Counted from the stretch's first letter, positions 10,097 to 21,004 are shown. The stretch is 64,000 nt of DNA from an uncultured bacterium (GCA_964605705.1 CAZSDW010000014.1:7130-71129); one strand, 5' to 3'. Notes: generated by a model from the letters alone, not told the origin. Numbers and translations: made by a program.

Positions 10097-11080
10097 ATGA
10101 AGCTGGATAAAGTTGAAAATTTGATCACGATCAATGTTCATGACCGACTTGCATCCAGGCTGGATGCCTTTCTCGCGGGAGAACTGGAAAACCTGTCACG
10201 GTCAAAAATTCACGCATTGATTCGGAGTGGAAATATTACCGTAAATCACACGGTAGTAAAACCCAGTCACCGGCTTGTGTCCGGGGACATTGTTTCTGTT
10301 CAACTGCCGGAGCCAGAGCCGCTGGCGCTATCGGCGGAAGCAATGCCGCTGGATATTATTTACGAAGATGAGGACTATTTTGCGGTGAATAAACCGAAAG
10401 GGCTGGTGGTGCATCCGGGAGCCGGGAATTTTCGTGGCACACTTGTCGCCGGTCTGTTGAATTATACCCGGCAGCTGAGTTCGGTTGGCGGAGACTTGCG
10501 TCCCGGTTTGGTTCATCGGCTCGATAAGGATACGACCGGTGTCCTGGTTGTCGCCAAGACAGATGAAGCTCACTGGAAATTGGGAAAATTGTTTGCGGAT
10601 CGTCAGGTCTATAAAGAATACCGGGCATTGGTTTGGGGTGTTCCGCACCCCGCGGAAGGTATTATCGAAAAATCCATCGGACGGAATCAGCGGGATCGAA
10701 AGATTTTCACGATCAGCAGTCGTGGTAAACCTGCGCGCAGCCGATATACACTGCTGAAAGATTTCGGAATCATGTCGCTGGTAAAAGTAATCCTGGAAAC
10801 CGGTCGTACCCATCAGATTCGGGTACACATGAAACATATCGGTCACCCGGTCGTTGGTGATAATATGTACGGTTACAAAAACAGTCCGCATCTGCTGGAG
10901 TCTTTTTCAAAAAAACACCTGGATATCGGCAAGCAGGTAATCGCTCGGGTGGACCGGCAGATGCTGCATGCCTATTGTCTGAAATTTATTCATCCCTTTA
11001 CCGGGAAAGAGATTGAAATAATTGCGCCAATCCCGGCGGATATACTTGAGATTGAGACAATTTTAACCGGCGTAAGTTAA
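10097..11080 (+). CDS. rluD: RluA-family pseudouridine synthase with S4 domain (RluD-like)
   Basis: RLDAFLA...SRS S4 domain, NKPKGLVVHP, VHRLDKDTTG, TGRTHQIRVH, QMLHA. Confidence 0.9.
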   Translation: MKLDKVENLITINVHDRLASRLDAFLAGELENLSRSKIHALIRSGNITVNHTVVKPSHRLVSGDIVSVQLPEPEPLALSAEAMPLDIIYEDEDYFAVNKPKGLVVHPGAGNFRGTLVAGLLNYTRQLSSVGGDLRPGLVHRLDKDTTGVLVVAKTDEAHWKLGKLFADRQVYKEYRALVWGVPHPAEGIIEKSIGRNQRDRKIFTISSRGKPARSRYTLLKDFGIMSLVKVILETGRTHQIRVHMKHIGHPVVGDNMYGYKNSPHLLESFSKKHLDIGKQVIARVDRQMLHAYCLKFIHPFTGKEIEIIAPIPADILEIETILTGVS

Positions 11081-11988
11081 TGTCCGTGACAGACGAATCG
11101 ATTCAGCAGTTTTTAAGATATTTAAAGCAGGAACGGGGCTATTCGGATTATACGATCGATGCCTATGGACGGGACCTGAACCAGTTTGTCAATTTTTATT
11201 CCGAATATGCCAACAGTGTTCCGCTGGATATATCCAGGGTAAACCGACTCGGGGTTCGGCATTATTTGGGAATGCTTTCGGAGAATGGTCTGGAAATGAG
11301 TTCAATAACCCGCAAACTGGCGTCTCTGAAGTCGTTTTTCAAATATCTGATTCGTCAGGGCGAAGTTGACAGCAGCCCGGTTGCAATGGTGCGATCGCCC
11401 AAAACATCGAAAAAATTGCCTGTAACTATTTCCGAGGAACAGATATCACAATTAATAGATACAATGGCGCATGATGATTTTATCAGCATCAGGAATAAAG
11501 CGATTCTGGAACTGTTTTACAGTACCGGGATTCGGCTGGGTGAATTGATCGGCTTGAATCATGGCGATATAAATTATAGCCGATTGACGATGCGGGTATT
11601 TGGCAAAGGTTCAAAAGAGCGCATTATCCCATTCGGACAGCGTGCCGAAAGAACCTTAAATCAATATTTGAAAAAACGGCGGGAAGAATTTGGAAGGGTT
11701 CTCCTAGAATCGCCCCTTTTCATCAGCATTCGGGATAGGCGAATTTCACGCCCCACGGTTCAAAAAATGGTGACTGGTATCCTCCAGACGGTTTCCGAGC
11801 AGAAGCATCTCAGCCCGCATGTATTGCGACATTCCTTTGCATCGCACCTGCTTGATCATGGCGCCGACCTGAATGCCGTCAAGGATTTGCTGGGTCATAA
11901 CAGTTTAGCGACCACGCAACTCTATACCCATATCAAAATAGAAAAAATGAAGGAGGTTTATAAACAAGCTCATCCCCATGCTGATTAA
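11080..11988 (+). CDS. xerC: Chromosomal tyrosine recombinase, XerC-type
   Basis: YSTGIRLGEL, GKGSKERI, PHVLRHSFASHLL, LLGH, TTQLYTH, C-terminal HPHA; coupled to rluD and followed by hpf. Confidence 0.88.
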   Translation: MSVTDESIQQFLRYLKQERGYSDYTIDAYGRDLNQFVNFYSEYANSVPLDISRVNRLGVRHYLGMLSENGLEMSSITRKLASLKSFFKYLIRQGEVDSSPVAMVRSPKTSKKLPVTISEEQISQLIDTMAHDDFISIRNKAILELFYSTGIRLGELIGLNHGDINYSRLTMRVFGKGSKERIIPFGQRAERTLNQYLKKRREEFGRVLLESPLFISIRDRRISRPTVQKMVTGILQTVSEQKHLSPHVLRHSFASHLLDHGADLNAVKDLLGHNSLATTQLYTHIKIEKMKEVYKQAHPHAD

Positions 11989-12009
11989 CATTTTAACAAG
12001 GAGTATTTT

Positions 12010-12297
12010 ATGAACATTGAACTCACATCGAGACATTATGAAGCATCTGCCAAAGTCAGAGAGTATGCCAGGGAAGAATTAGAGAAATTAAATAAATATG
12101 ATCACTTCGTATCATCCTGTCGGGTTATTCTCGAAAAATCCAAAGAGGGTGAGGTAGTTGAAATTTATATACATGTTTCCGGTAAAGACCTTGTCTGTTC
12201 GGAGTCCAGTGACGATATTATCAAATCGATTGATCTGGCTGTCGAAAATATGGCGAGACAGCTGAGACGTTTTAAAGAAAAGAGGTATGCCCACTGA
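12010..12297 (+). CDS. hpf: Ribosome hibernation factor (short HPF/RaiA)
   Basis: MNIELTSRH...SIDLAVENMARQLRRFKEK; xerC-hpf-hprK synteny. Confidence 0.85.
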   Translation: MNIELTSRHYEASAKVREYAREELEKLNKYDHFVSSCRVILEKSKEGEVVEIYIHVSGKDLVCSESSDDIIKSIDLAVENMARQLRRFKEKRYAH

Positions 12298-13277
12298 TGC
12301 AGGAGCCATTGACCATCGAAAAACTTTTTAATGACAATCGCAAAGTTTATAAGCTGAAGCGCTACAATAATCTTGTCGGTTTTAATCGGATTGTGACGTC
12401 GTCCAAACTGAATCGTCCCGGATTGGAGTTGACGGGATTTTGGAAATATTTCGATAAATCCCGGATCCAGATAATTGGAATGAAAGAGAAGGTCTTTCTG
12501 CGAACGTTGACTGAAGATGAGCGGCAAAAAGTCATTACCAAGTTGTACGCGTCAGGTGTTCCCGCGGTAATTTTTGCCCACACTTCAAAACCACCGGAGT
12601 TTTCGCTGGAAGTTGCCCGGAAATATAATGTCGCTCTTTTTTCGACCCCGATGCTGACCAGCAATCTCATCGCACGGATGATGGATTATCTGGACTGGAA
12701 TCTGGCGCCATCGACTATTGTTCATGGTTCTCTGGTGGATGTTTATGGTGTTGGTTTGTTGTTGACCGGACAGAGTGGTATCGGGAAAAGTGAAGTTGCC
12801 CTTGATCTGGTGGAACGGGGACACCGCCTGGTAGCCGATGATATTGTAAAAATTATCCGAAGAGCCGATAATGTCATTATCGGAACCAGCAATGAATTTC
12901 TGGAACATCATATGGAGGTTCGCGGTCTGGGGATTGTCGATGTCCGGAATATGTTTGGTATTCAGGCAATTCGTCAGCAGAAGCGCGTCGAGGTACAGGT
13001 GGAACTGGTGGAGTGGGATGACAACGCCAGCTATGAACGCATCGGTTCGACAGAGAGCTATATCAAAATTCTGGAAGTTAATACACCGATTGTCCACCTG
13101 CCGATATATCCCGGTAAAAATATTACGGTAATTGCAGAAGTCATCGCGTTGAACCACCTGCTGAAATTTTTGGGGAAAAATACCGCCAAGGATTTTGAGA
13201 AAAAACTGGCGGCAAAAATCCGAAAAAAAACACAAATGTCAACCATTCAACAGTATCTAAAAAAGGATTTCGAATAA
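12297..13277 (+). CDS. hprK: HPr(Ser) kinase/phosphorylase
   Basis: NRPGLELTG, HGSLVDVYGVG, Walker A GQSGIGKSE, GHRLVADD, MEVRGLGI. Confidence 0.95.
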   Translation: MQEPLTIEKLFNDNRKVYKLKRYNNLVGFNRIVTSSKLNRPGLELTGFWKYFDKSRIQIIGMKEKVFLRTLTEDERQKVITKLYASGVPAVIFAHTSKPPEFSLEVARKYNVALFSTPMLTSNLIARMMDYLDWNLAPSTIVHGSLVDVYGVGLLLTGQSGIGKSEVALDLVERGHRLVADDIVKIIRRADNVIIGTSNEFLEHHMEVRGLGIVDVRNMFGIQAIRQQKRVEVQVELVEWDDNASYERIGSTESYIKILEVNTPIVHLPIYPGKNITVIAEVIALNHLLKFLGKNTAKDFEKKLAAKIRKKTQMSTIQQYLKKDFE

Positions 13278-13292
13278 GGAAGGAGATCACAC

Positions 13293-14267
13293 CTGAAAGC
13301 CATCATTCCTGTCGCTGGAATTGGTAAACGGCTACAGCCATTAACGCTGACTCGTCCAAAAGTATTGTTACCTGTTGCCGGTAAGCCAATCATTGGTCAC
13401 ATTCTCGACAGACTGATCAAATCAGGTATTGATGAAATAACCCTGATTGTCGGATACAAAGCGGATATGGTTGTGGATTATGTCAAGAACCACTCACCGG
13501 TCAAGGTGAATTTTGTCGAACAAAAAGAACGGCGGGGATTAGGACATGCGGTTGGATTGGGGCTCGAAGATGTTGAGAAACCGGTCCTGATTATCCTGGG
13601 AGATATTATCCTGGATCTGGACTTTGATCATTTTATCTGTTGTGGTAAAAACAGTATTGGGGTCATGGAGGTCGAAGACCCCCGACGCTTTGGAATTGTT
13701 GAAATGGAAGGTGACCGTGTCAAGCGACTGGTTGAAAAACCCCGGGAATTTATTGGTAATCTGGCGATTGCCGGTATCTATTTATTGCAACACGAATCCA
13801 TCCTGAAAAAAGCGATTCAATATACTATTGACAACAATATTACGACAAAGGGTGAATATCAACTGACCGATGCGTTGCAGATTATGCTCGATTGGAACGA
13901 AGAAATGACCATTGAGACCATTCACGCCTGTTATGATTGTGGCACCCGGGAAACTCTGCTGGATACCAACCGGGTGTTACTTGAAAAATTGGATAATCAA
14001 AGTTACTCCTATAGAAATACCGTAATTGTTCCGCCGGTTTTTATTGGCAGGAATGTGACGATCTCCAATTGTATCATCGGACCGTATGTCAGCATTGGAG
14101 ATAATGCGGTTGTGACGGGCACAATTCTGGAAGATTCCATCATCGATGAAAGCACCGAAATTCAATCGGCTGTATTAAAAAATTCCTTAATTGGTCGGGA
14201 TGCCAAGGTAACAGGAACTCAAAACAGTATCGATGTGGGAGATGCTTCCCGTCAGAATTTAGGTTGA
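13293..14267 (+). CDS. Sugar-phosphate nucleotidyltransferase (glucose-1-P thymidylyltransferase-like, long form with left-handed beta-helix tail); CTG start
   Basis: In-frame extension of the 13365 ORF gives (M)KAIIPVAGIGKRLQPLT..PKVLLPVAGKP; GLGHAV, VEKP, GEYQLTDA, DCGT; SD AAGGAG 7 nt before the CTG. Confidence 0.85.
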   Translation: MKAIIPVAGIGKRLQPLTLTRPKVLLPVAGKPIIGHILDRLIKSGIDEITLIVGYKADMVVDYVKNHSPVKVNFVEQKERRGLGHAVGLGLEDVEKPVLIILGDIILDLDFDHFICCGKNSIGVMEVEDPRRFGIVEMEGDRVKRLVEKPREFIGNLAIAGIYLLQHESILKKAIQYTIDNNITTKGEYQLTDALQIMLDWNEEMTIETIHACYDCGTRETLLDTNRVLLEKLDNQSYSYRNTVIVPPVFIGRNVTISNCIIGPYVSIGDNAVVTGTILEDSIIDESTEIQSAVLKNSLIGRDAKVTGTQNSIDVGDASRQNLG

Positions 14268-14323
14268 TTTTATAAGCAGTGTACAGTATGTTTGTTTAGT
14301 TTAAAATTTGGGAAAGGAATAGT

Positions 14324-15478
14324 ATGAAAAAATACCATTTTACTTCAGAATCTGTTACCGAGGGGCATCCGGATAAAGTCTGTGATGCCGTTTCCGATGC
14401 GGTTTTGGATGCTTTATTGACAGTCGATCCGGAGAGTCGGGTCGCCTGCGAAACCTTGACAACTACCGGCTTGGTGATGGTAGTAGGTGAAATATCGACC
14501 CGTGGTTATGTTGATATTCCCCGCACTGTCCGGGATACACTTGAACGAATCGGCTACACCGATCCGGATTTTGGTCTGGATGCAACCAGTTGTGCCGTTG
14601 TAACCTCGATTCATGAACAGAGTGAGAATATTGCCTTGGGTGTCGATGAAACCCAAAGCCATGAACAGGGCGCGGGTGACCAGGGAATGATGTTTGGTTA
14701 TGCCTGCGACGAAACCCCTGAGTTGATGCCGCTGCCGATTTCGCTGGCAAACAAACTGACCCGGCGACTGGCTGAGGTTCGTAAAAAGGGCATATTGAAT
14801 TGGGTGCGCCCCGATGGAAAATCCCAGGTTACTGTTGAATATATTGATGGTGAGCCAAAATCCATTACCAGTGTGGTTATCGCAGTTCATCATAATCCCG
14901 AGATTCCACATGATCAAATCGTCAAAGATGTGAAAAAACATGTCATCATTCCGGTTTGTGAACAATACTTGACTGATGATACAAAATTTCATATTAACGC
15001 GACCGGTATTTTTGCTGTTGGTGGTCCCGAAGCCGATGCCGGTGTGACCGGTCGGAAGATCATTGTTGATACCTACGGCGGTATGGGGCGCCACGGCGGG
15101 GGCGCCTTCTCCGGCAAAGATCCGTCAAAAGTTGACCGCTCTGCTTCTTATATGGCACGTTATATTGCGAAAAATATTGTGGCGGCAAAACTCGCCCGGC
15201 GTTGCGAAGTTCAGTTAGCCTATTCGATCGGGGTTGCCGAACCGGTGTCAGTCTATGCAAACACCTTTGGTACCGGTGTTGTGGAAGAGGAAAAACTGGC
15301 TCAGGCGATTCGTGAAATATTTCCGTTGAAGCCCGCAGCTTTAATTAAACATCTGCAGCTCAAACGCCCGATTTTTTCCAGGACGTCTGCCTACGGTCAC
15401 TTTGGTCGTGAAGAGGATGGATTTACCTGGGAATGGACCGATAAAGTGGCTGAGCTAAAAGCATATTTTGGTATCTAA
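14324..15478 (+). CDS. metK: S-adenosylmethionine synthetase
   Basis: [46 protein letters not shown]. Confidence 0.97.
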   Translation: MKKYHFTSESVTEGHPDKVCDAVSDAVLDALLTVDPESRVACETLTTTGLVMVVGEISTRGYVDIPRTVRDTLERIGYTDPDFGLDATSCAVVTSIHEQSENIALGVDETQSHEQGAGDQGMMFGYACDETPELMPLPISLANKLTRRLAEVRKKGILNWVRPDGKSQVTVEYIDGEPKSITSVVIAVHHNPEIPHDQIVKDVKKHVIIPVCEQYLTDDTKFHINATGIFAVGGPEADAGVTGRKIIVDTYGGMGRHGGGAFSGKDPSKVDRSASYMARYIAKNIVAAKLARRCEVQLAYSIGVAEPVSVYANTFGTGVVEEEKLAQAIREIFPLKPAALIKHLQLKRPIFSRTSAYGHFGREEDGFTWEWTDKVAELKAYFGI

Positions 15479-15560
15479 TGACTGCCGTACAGTTATTTAG
15501 ATTGGTTTATAGATAGGAACCTTTATTGTAATTCATTGACACCATTAACGATGGGTTAAT

Positions 15561-17282
15561 GTGAAAAGAATCAGTACATATTTTTTTCTGCTGTTATTAT
15601 GGTGGGTAATCGGCTGTGAGTTCGAGGCGCCCACCTTGCCGCGTTTACCCAGACGCTGGAATTCAAAAGTCATTATTCCATTATTCGAGAAGAGCTACAG
15701 TTTTGAGGAAATGCTTTATAATTCCTATTCGGATAACAAGGGCAAAATAACCGCCGATGACAGTACTCATCAGATGACCTATTTTGCCGGTGATGTTGTG
15801 GGAAAAACCATATCTGTTGATAGTATCTATCGGAAAATTCCTGCAGTTACTATTGAAAAACAGATTGATCTGGCGAAGGCAACCAGGGCAAAAGTCAACC
15901 GACCGATACCGATTTATGAAACGACTATTTCCGGAGCGATCAGCACCGTAAATAATCGGATTATTGCAGGAGTTTTAAACTCGGATAATAGTGCCACCGC
16001 AAATACCGCCACAATTTCCGCCATGCTTTCGGATACTCTGTTCAACGATCTGGCAATTGAAGTTGTCGCCCGGAATTTTAAAAACCTGGTGACCGATACG
16101 CTCTGGTTTGACACATTGTTTATTGCGGCTACTGATACTGCCGGGAAAGTAAGTTTTACGTTTGATAATGATTCACTTTTCAGCAAAGACCGGACGAACT
16201 ACATTGATTCTCTGGAGTTCGGATTGACAGTCATCATTAGAGATACTCTGCGAGAAGCTCTCACTCAGGATCTGAACATCGAAATTGCGGTCAGTGATCT
16301 CTACCTCGATTCTTTCTATGGCAGGGTCAATGCCACCGGTTATCTCACCGGTCAGGAAATTCCCAAAAGTCCATCGGGGGCTGACAGTATCCGATTCGAG
16401 GAAACCATGGCAACATTTTATCTGAGCAATATCGGGAATTTCGATTCGGTCGAATTTTCGATTATCAGTAAAAACCGGTATGTGGCAGATATGTCGATGG
16501 ATACTGTTTTTATTGTTCAGGCAAACCCGGATACGATGGATATTGATATTTCCCGGGTCATGGCGAATCTGCCGGACAGTATCTTGTTTTATATAGAAGC
16601 TGCCATGCCGGTGACGAATTACAGCGGAGCCGATATCGCTGAAGAATTAACCATTGTTTACGAACTGTCCGCACCTCTGAAATTCACATTACCGCCAAAA
16701 ATGAATCTGAGAGCGGATAATCCCACCCGGTTTTTTATCGAAGACAGTCTGACGCGGGCTAATTTAAGCAGAGCCCAGAATGGCGCTGAATTTGATGTGA
16801 CTGTCACCAACCATACTCCATTTCAGGGATCCATTATTCTGCTTATTGGCAATAGAAATATTTTTCCAATGGATTCCATCGAAGCCACCTGGCACTCAAA
16901 TTATGAATACATCAATGATACTCTTTATTATATTGGTAAAGACACCCAAATCGTGAAGATTGACACACTGGCGGTGATCGATATTCCGCCGGCAGTTATA
17001 CAGGGCGGAACAATCGTGAGTCCCGGACGGGGTGATCGGTATTATCTGGCGGATTCCAGTGCCGTTTCGCTAATCGGGGACACCTGCTGGTTTCTGCCGG
17101 CATTTCATTTTATTAATCCTGATACAAATCAGGTGATTCTGAAAACCGATTACTTGATTGATCTGAAGAGCTACCTGAACCTGCTTTTCGATCCGTCGGT
17201 TTTTTACCCGACCAAAAGCGATACATTGGATTCACTCGATACTTTTAAACCCGACAGTGTCAAAGCGGATACAACCGGATAG
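15561..17282 (+). CDS. Uncharacterised beta-rich lipoprotein (pair 1)
   Basis: Lipobox VIGC after hydrophobic stretch; C-terminal half aligns by eye with the 18756 ORF. Confidence 0.7.
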   Translation: MKRISTYFFLLLLWWVIGCEFEAPTLPRLPRRWNSKVIIPLFEKSYSFEEMLYNSYSDNKGKITADDSTHQMTYFAGDVVGKTISVDSIYRKIPAVTIEKQIDLAKATRAKVNRPIPIYETTISGAISTVNNRIIAGVLNSDNSATANTATISAMLSDTLFNDLAIEVVARNFKNLVTDTLWFDTLFIAATDTAGKVSFTFDNDSLFSKDRTNYIDSLEFGLTVIIRDTLREALTQDLNIEIAVSDLYLDSFYGRVNATGYLTGQEIPKSPSGADSIRFEETMATFYLSNIGNFDSVEFSIISKNRYVADMSMDTVFIVQANPDTMDIDISRVMANLPDSILFYIEAAMPVTNYSGADIAEELTIVYELSAPLKFTLPPKMNLRADNPTRFFIEDSLTRANLSRAQNGAEFDVTVTNHTPFQGSIILLIGNRNIFPMDSIEATWHSNYEYINDTLYYIGKDTQIVKIDTLAVIDIPPAVIQGGTIVSPGRGDRYYLADSSAVSLIGDTCWFLPAFHFINPDTNQVILKTDYLIDLKSYLNLLFDPSVFYPTKSDTLDSLDTFKPDSVKADTTG

Positions 17283-18711
17283 CCATATGCAGATGACTTT
17301 TTCAAATATGTGGAGAGAGCATCGATACCTCACAAAGGTTGCGATAGTGATTTTTACTATCGCAACCTCGCTATCCGGTCAAAATCTCTATAATCCGCGG
17401 GCAGTCGCCATGGGTGGTGCATTTACCGCGATACCCGATGGATTGTTCAGCGTCAGCAGTAATCCGGCTAATCTTGCCTTTCGACCGAAGTACCGGTCCT
17501 ACCTGTATCTGGCAGGTATTGACTGGCAGATGACGAATAATTTTTTCTCATTGCTGAGCACAGCGAAATATGGTGGAAAGGACATTACGGCGGATGGTGC
17601 GAAATTACAGCAGGATTTTATAAACGATCTGCCGAGCGATGGCTGGCGAATGGATTATTCAATGAATCTGCCGTTGCCGATTCTGAATTTTTCTGTCGGG
17701 AATAAAGCCTTTACAACCAATATTCTGTACAATACGGAATATTATATTTCCAAACCCGCGCTGGATGTTATTTTTGCAAATTGGGAAAAGGGTGTGGAGT
17801 ATCAGACTGATCTCCGAATCGATGCCATGACCGCGATTGAATATGCCTATTCCATGGGTATTCCCTACGATAATTTAGCCTTTGGATTTTCAATCAAATA
17901 TTATCAGGGACTGGGATATTATGGTCTTGATCCCGACTTCAGCACCGGTTCGATTATGGTAGATACCAGCACTTTCACGTTGACCGGCACCGGAGATTTT
18001 CTGTTTCGTCAATCACCATCCGGTAAAGGTGTCGGTGTGGACCTTGGCATCAGTTATCAGGATAAAAGCGGGCTGGATATGGGCTTCAGCGTTCAGAATA
18101 TCGCTGGAGTAATTCGGTGGAACGACCCATCCAGTTCTTCAAAACGGGGCACTGCGATTCTCGAAGCCATGGGTGAACAGGTTAAAAGTGGAGTACTAAA
18201 AAACACGGATCTCAAATTACCGTTTAAGGGTGAGAGCTATCGTTATCAGTTTAGATTAAAAAGTGTTGCCGCTACGGAATTATTCAAGGACGACAGCAGC
18301 TACAGCGATTTCTTTTACAGTAAGATAGATACCATTGCAGATGATCCCCGTATATTTACGACCAAACTGCCGTTGGTGTTTCGATTTGGCGTGGCTCAGC
18401 AGATGCGCGAAGATTTGCTGGTTGCGCTGGATTTTTCGACCAGTTTCAGAGATCGGTTTAGTTTTAACCAGGGCTGGCGGATATCTCTGGGTGCCGAATA
18501 TACTTATCTGCGCCGGACGCCGTTTCGCTTTGGAATGGCGATCGGAGATGTCAGCGGCTGGGAAATCAATCTGGGCAGCGGACTGCATCTCGGATTCGTC
18601 CATGTGGACTGGGCAGTTGGATTCCACCGCGGTATCTGGCTGCATACGACAAGAGGAATCCATTTCTCATTGGGCTCATACCTGACCGGAAAATACAAAT
18701 CAAATTACTAA
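17257..18711 (+). CDS. Outer-membrane beta-barrel, FadL/PorV/DUF5723-like (pair 1); true start probably 17286-17328
   Basis: After the signal peptide, 'NPRAVAMGGAFTA...SNPANLA' hatch-like motif; amphipathic strands 'GVGVDLGISY', 'FRFGVA', 'ISLGAEY', 'VHVDWAVG'. Confidence 0.7.
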   Translation: MSKRIQPDSHMQMTFSNMWREHRYLTKVAIVIFTIATSLSGQNLYNPRAVAMGGAFTAIPDGLFSVSSNPANLAFRPKYRSYLYLAGIDWQMTNNFFSLLSTAKYGGKDITADGAKLQQDFINDLPSDGWRMDYSMNLPLPILNFSVGNKAFTTNILYNTEYYISKPALDVIFANWEKGVEYQTDLRIDAMTAIEYAYSMGIPYDNLAFGFSIKYYQGLGYYGLDPDFSTGSIMVDTSTFTLTGTGDFLFRQSPSGKGVGVDLGISYQDKSGLDMGFSVQNIAGVIRWNDPSSSSKRGTAILEAMGEQVKSGVLKNTDLKLPFKGESYRYQFRLKSVAATELFKDDSSYSDFFYSKIDTIADDPRIFTTKLPLVFRFGVAQQMREDLLVALDFSTSFRDRFSFNQGWRISLGAEYTYLRRTPFRFGMAIGDVSGWEINLGSGLHLGFVHVDWAVGFHRGIWLHTTRGIHFSLGSYLTGKYKSNY

Positions 18712-18755
18712 CCCATGTCTGTGAATCGCAGTCAGCACTCCGGGATTAATGCTCA

Positions 18756-20984
18756 ATGACACAGTTTCAAATTCCACCCAAAAATAAAACACTGATTATT
18801 TTAATCGTTTCAGCGTTGCTCTGGTGGTCACTGAGCTGTACCTATGATTCGCTTGAATCGCCGAAGCTGCCGATATTTTATCAGACAATTAATCTACCCC
18901 TTGTGGATGCTAAGCTCCCGCTATCCGGATTAAGGGATACGACCAATGGTATCTGGGGCGATCCCCTGTCTGATTCGCTTTATTTCAAATTTGTGGGCGA
19001 ACTCGATACAGTGACACTGACTGAAGATATGTTTGTTATTCCGACTGCTACGGAGGTTGCGTTCCAACAGGCATTCGCCGATATTGGCTCGGCGGGTGAC
19101 CCGGTTACCATCTCCATGTCTGAAAAATTTCGATTAGCGACTATTTTTGGCTTGCCGTTGCCCCAGCCGAATGAATACATCGTTACACCAATTCCCGTGA
19201 CGGATTTAACTTATCCCGATTCGCCGTTTGAAATCTTTGACAACGATGGGATACCCTACTTTGAGCGGGTCGATTATCTGACGATTGGTGAGGGCGAATT
19301 CAATACTGCGGTGGAGAATGAGATGCTGATGGATCTCAATTCGGTGCTGGTGCAGATAAAAAATAAAGATGGCAGCATTGTCGCGGAATCTTTTTACGAT
19401 ACGGTACCGGCGGGTGAAACCCGGTCGGATAGTTATAATTTATCTGGTAAAAGAATGATGGATTCGATTTATGTTTCGATGTCCATGACCGTTGCCGGAA
19501 CCGATGGGGCTCTGTTGACGGTTCCCGCAAATGCCGACCCCTATTTCAATCTGACAATCGGAATTTCAATCTCGGAGATTGAAAGCTTTTCCGGAAAAGC
19601 CGAACCAATCGAGATGCGTCAAACACAACCGCTGCCGGAATCGAACAGTACGATCATCCGGGGGATTCTGGCAGAAATACCTTCGCTGAGTCCCGATACC
19701 AACCAAATTAGTTGGGAAATTGATAACACGCTTCCGATTAATATGAAAATGGCAATCACGTTTTTGAACTTCTATTCGGAGACCGGCGTTCTGACCATGG
19801 AAGCGCTGCTGAATTCCGGTGAAATCACGCAGAGTACGCAGCGACTCGATCTTGATACTTTACGTAATCCCGACCAGACCACCGTTGTCGATTCGATCAT
19901 TGTCAGTACGATTATAGAAATACCGCCCGATGCGGGTGACACGGTTTCGACGATTCCCCTGAACCTGAGTGGTGCGTTGGATTTTGCGTTTACGATTTCA
20001 GTCCTGAAGTGTAAGGAGATTGTCGGATTCATTGATGAGTCTTTTGATATGCCGGGGATTTCGATCAGTGATATTCCGAGCGGATTTGGCGATGTCAATT
20101 TTGGGCAAGTTTTGCTCAATTTGCATATATTTAATGAAATTCAAGCCCAAACCGATCTGGACTTTATCATCGAGGGACTCAAGGAAGGCGAGGAATCTGA
20201 AATTGTCACCAGCCGGCAGACGATTTATAAAGCTACCGACGCCGTTCCCATTATGCAATCCGATCTTGCAATTGATATAACGTCCATTTTTAATATGGTG
20301 CCGGATACGATGATTGTTTCCGGTGGCGCGTCCATATCCGGTACGGATACAGCCAGACTTCAGATCAATAAATCCTTTTGGGGCTTCTATGAGGTCATTG
20401 TTCCCTTTGTAATGCAGATAAATGATATGACCTTTATCCCGGTGACGTCCACCAAATTGGCTGCTATGGATGCGGAAACCCGCGATCGAATCGAAACCGG
20501 TCTGATCCGGGCGGCGATTATTACCAATGTGACCAATGATTTTCCCCTGTCCGGCAGCGTGGATATTCTGATTTCCAATTACGATTATTTTCCGCTGACT
20601 CCCGACAGCGTGGATTCGGGCTACCAGGTGATTAACGATACGATATTTGCCATTTCAGATACTGGTAACATTATGGTAAAAATTGACACTTTGGTAAAAA
20701 TCGAACTTCCCCAGGCGATTCTCGACCTTCAGAACCACGTCAAAACCCCCGGCGTTTTGGAACATATCAATGAAATAAGTAAGTACCTTGTTCGGATAAT
20801 GATCAGTGATACTGTGCACTATATCCGACCACGGATTCACTTCAATAAAACCGAGGATTTTATGTTCATCGGATACAATGACGAAATTGATATTACATCG
20901 ATATTCAGCCTGACGCTGGAATCGGGAAGTTTTCTCGGTCTTAGTGGAGGAGAAGGGGATTCGCTGCAGAAAAGCGGTCCGTAA
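18756..20984 (+). CDS. Uncharacterised beta-rich lipoprotein (pair 2), paralog of the 15561 ORF
   Basis: Lipobox SLSC; shared blocks IDI...PD(S/T), YE...P, VTN..P..GS..(I/L)LI.N...FP, INDT, VKIDTL. Confidence 0.7.
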   Translation: MTQFQIPPKNKTLIILIVSALLWWSLSCTYDSLESPKLPIFYQTINLPLVDAKLPLSGLRDTTNGIWGDPLSDSLYFKFVGELDTVTLTEDMFVIPTATEVAFQQAFADIGSAGDPVTISMSEKFRLATIFGLPLPQPNEYIVTPIPVTDLTYPDSPFEIFDNDGIPYFERVDYLTIGEGEFNTAVENEMLMDLNSVLVQIKNKDGSIVAESFYDTVPAGETRSDSYNLSGKRMMDSIYVSMSMTVAGTDGALLTVPANADPYFNLTIGISISEIESFSGKAEPIEMRQTQPLPESNSTIIRGILAEIPSLSPDTNQISWEIDNTLPINMKMAITFLNFYSETGVLTMEALLNSGEITQSTQRLDLDTLRNPDQTTVVDSIIVSTIIEIPPDAGDTVSTIPLNLSGALDFAFTISVLKCKEIVGFIDESFDMPGISISDIPSGFGDVNFGQVLLNLHIFNEIQAQTDLDFIIEGLKEGEESEIVTSRQTIYKATDAVPIMQSDLAIDITSIFNMVPDTMIVSGGASISGTDTARLQINKSFWGFYEVIVPFVMQINDMTFIPVTSTKLAAMDAETRDRIETGLIRAAIITNVTNDFPLSGSVDILISNYDYFPLTPDSVDSGYQVINDTIFAISDTGNIMVKIDTLVKIELPQAILDLQNHVKTPGVLEHINEISKYLVRIMISDTVHYIRPRIHFNKTEDFMFIGYNDEIDITSIFSLTLESGSFLGLSGGEGDSLQKSGP

Positions 20985-21004
20985 AATGCTGGTGGTTTAA
21001 GACA

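Noticed and set aside
11080-11988. Tyrosine recombinase as a phage or island integrase
   Set aside because: Size, motifs and translational coupling within rluD-xerC-hpf-hprK fit housekeeping XerC; no att site, tRNA or phage genes nearby.
14268-14323. SAM riboswitch upstream of metK
   Set aside because: The 56-nt gap is AT-rich, with no SAM-I/II core or stems visible.
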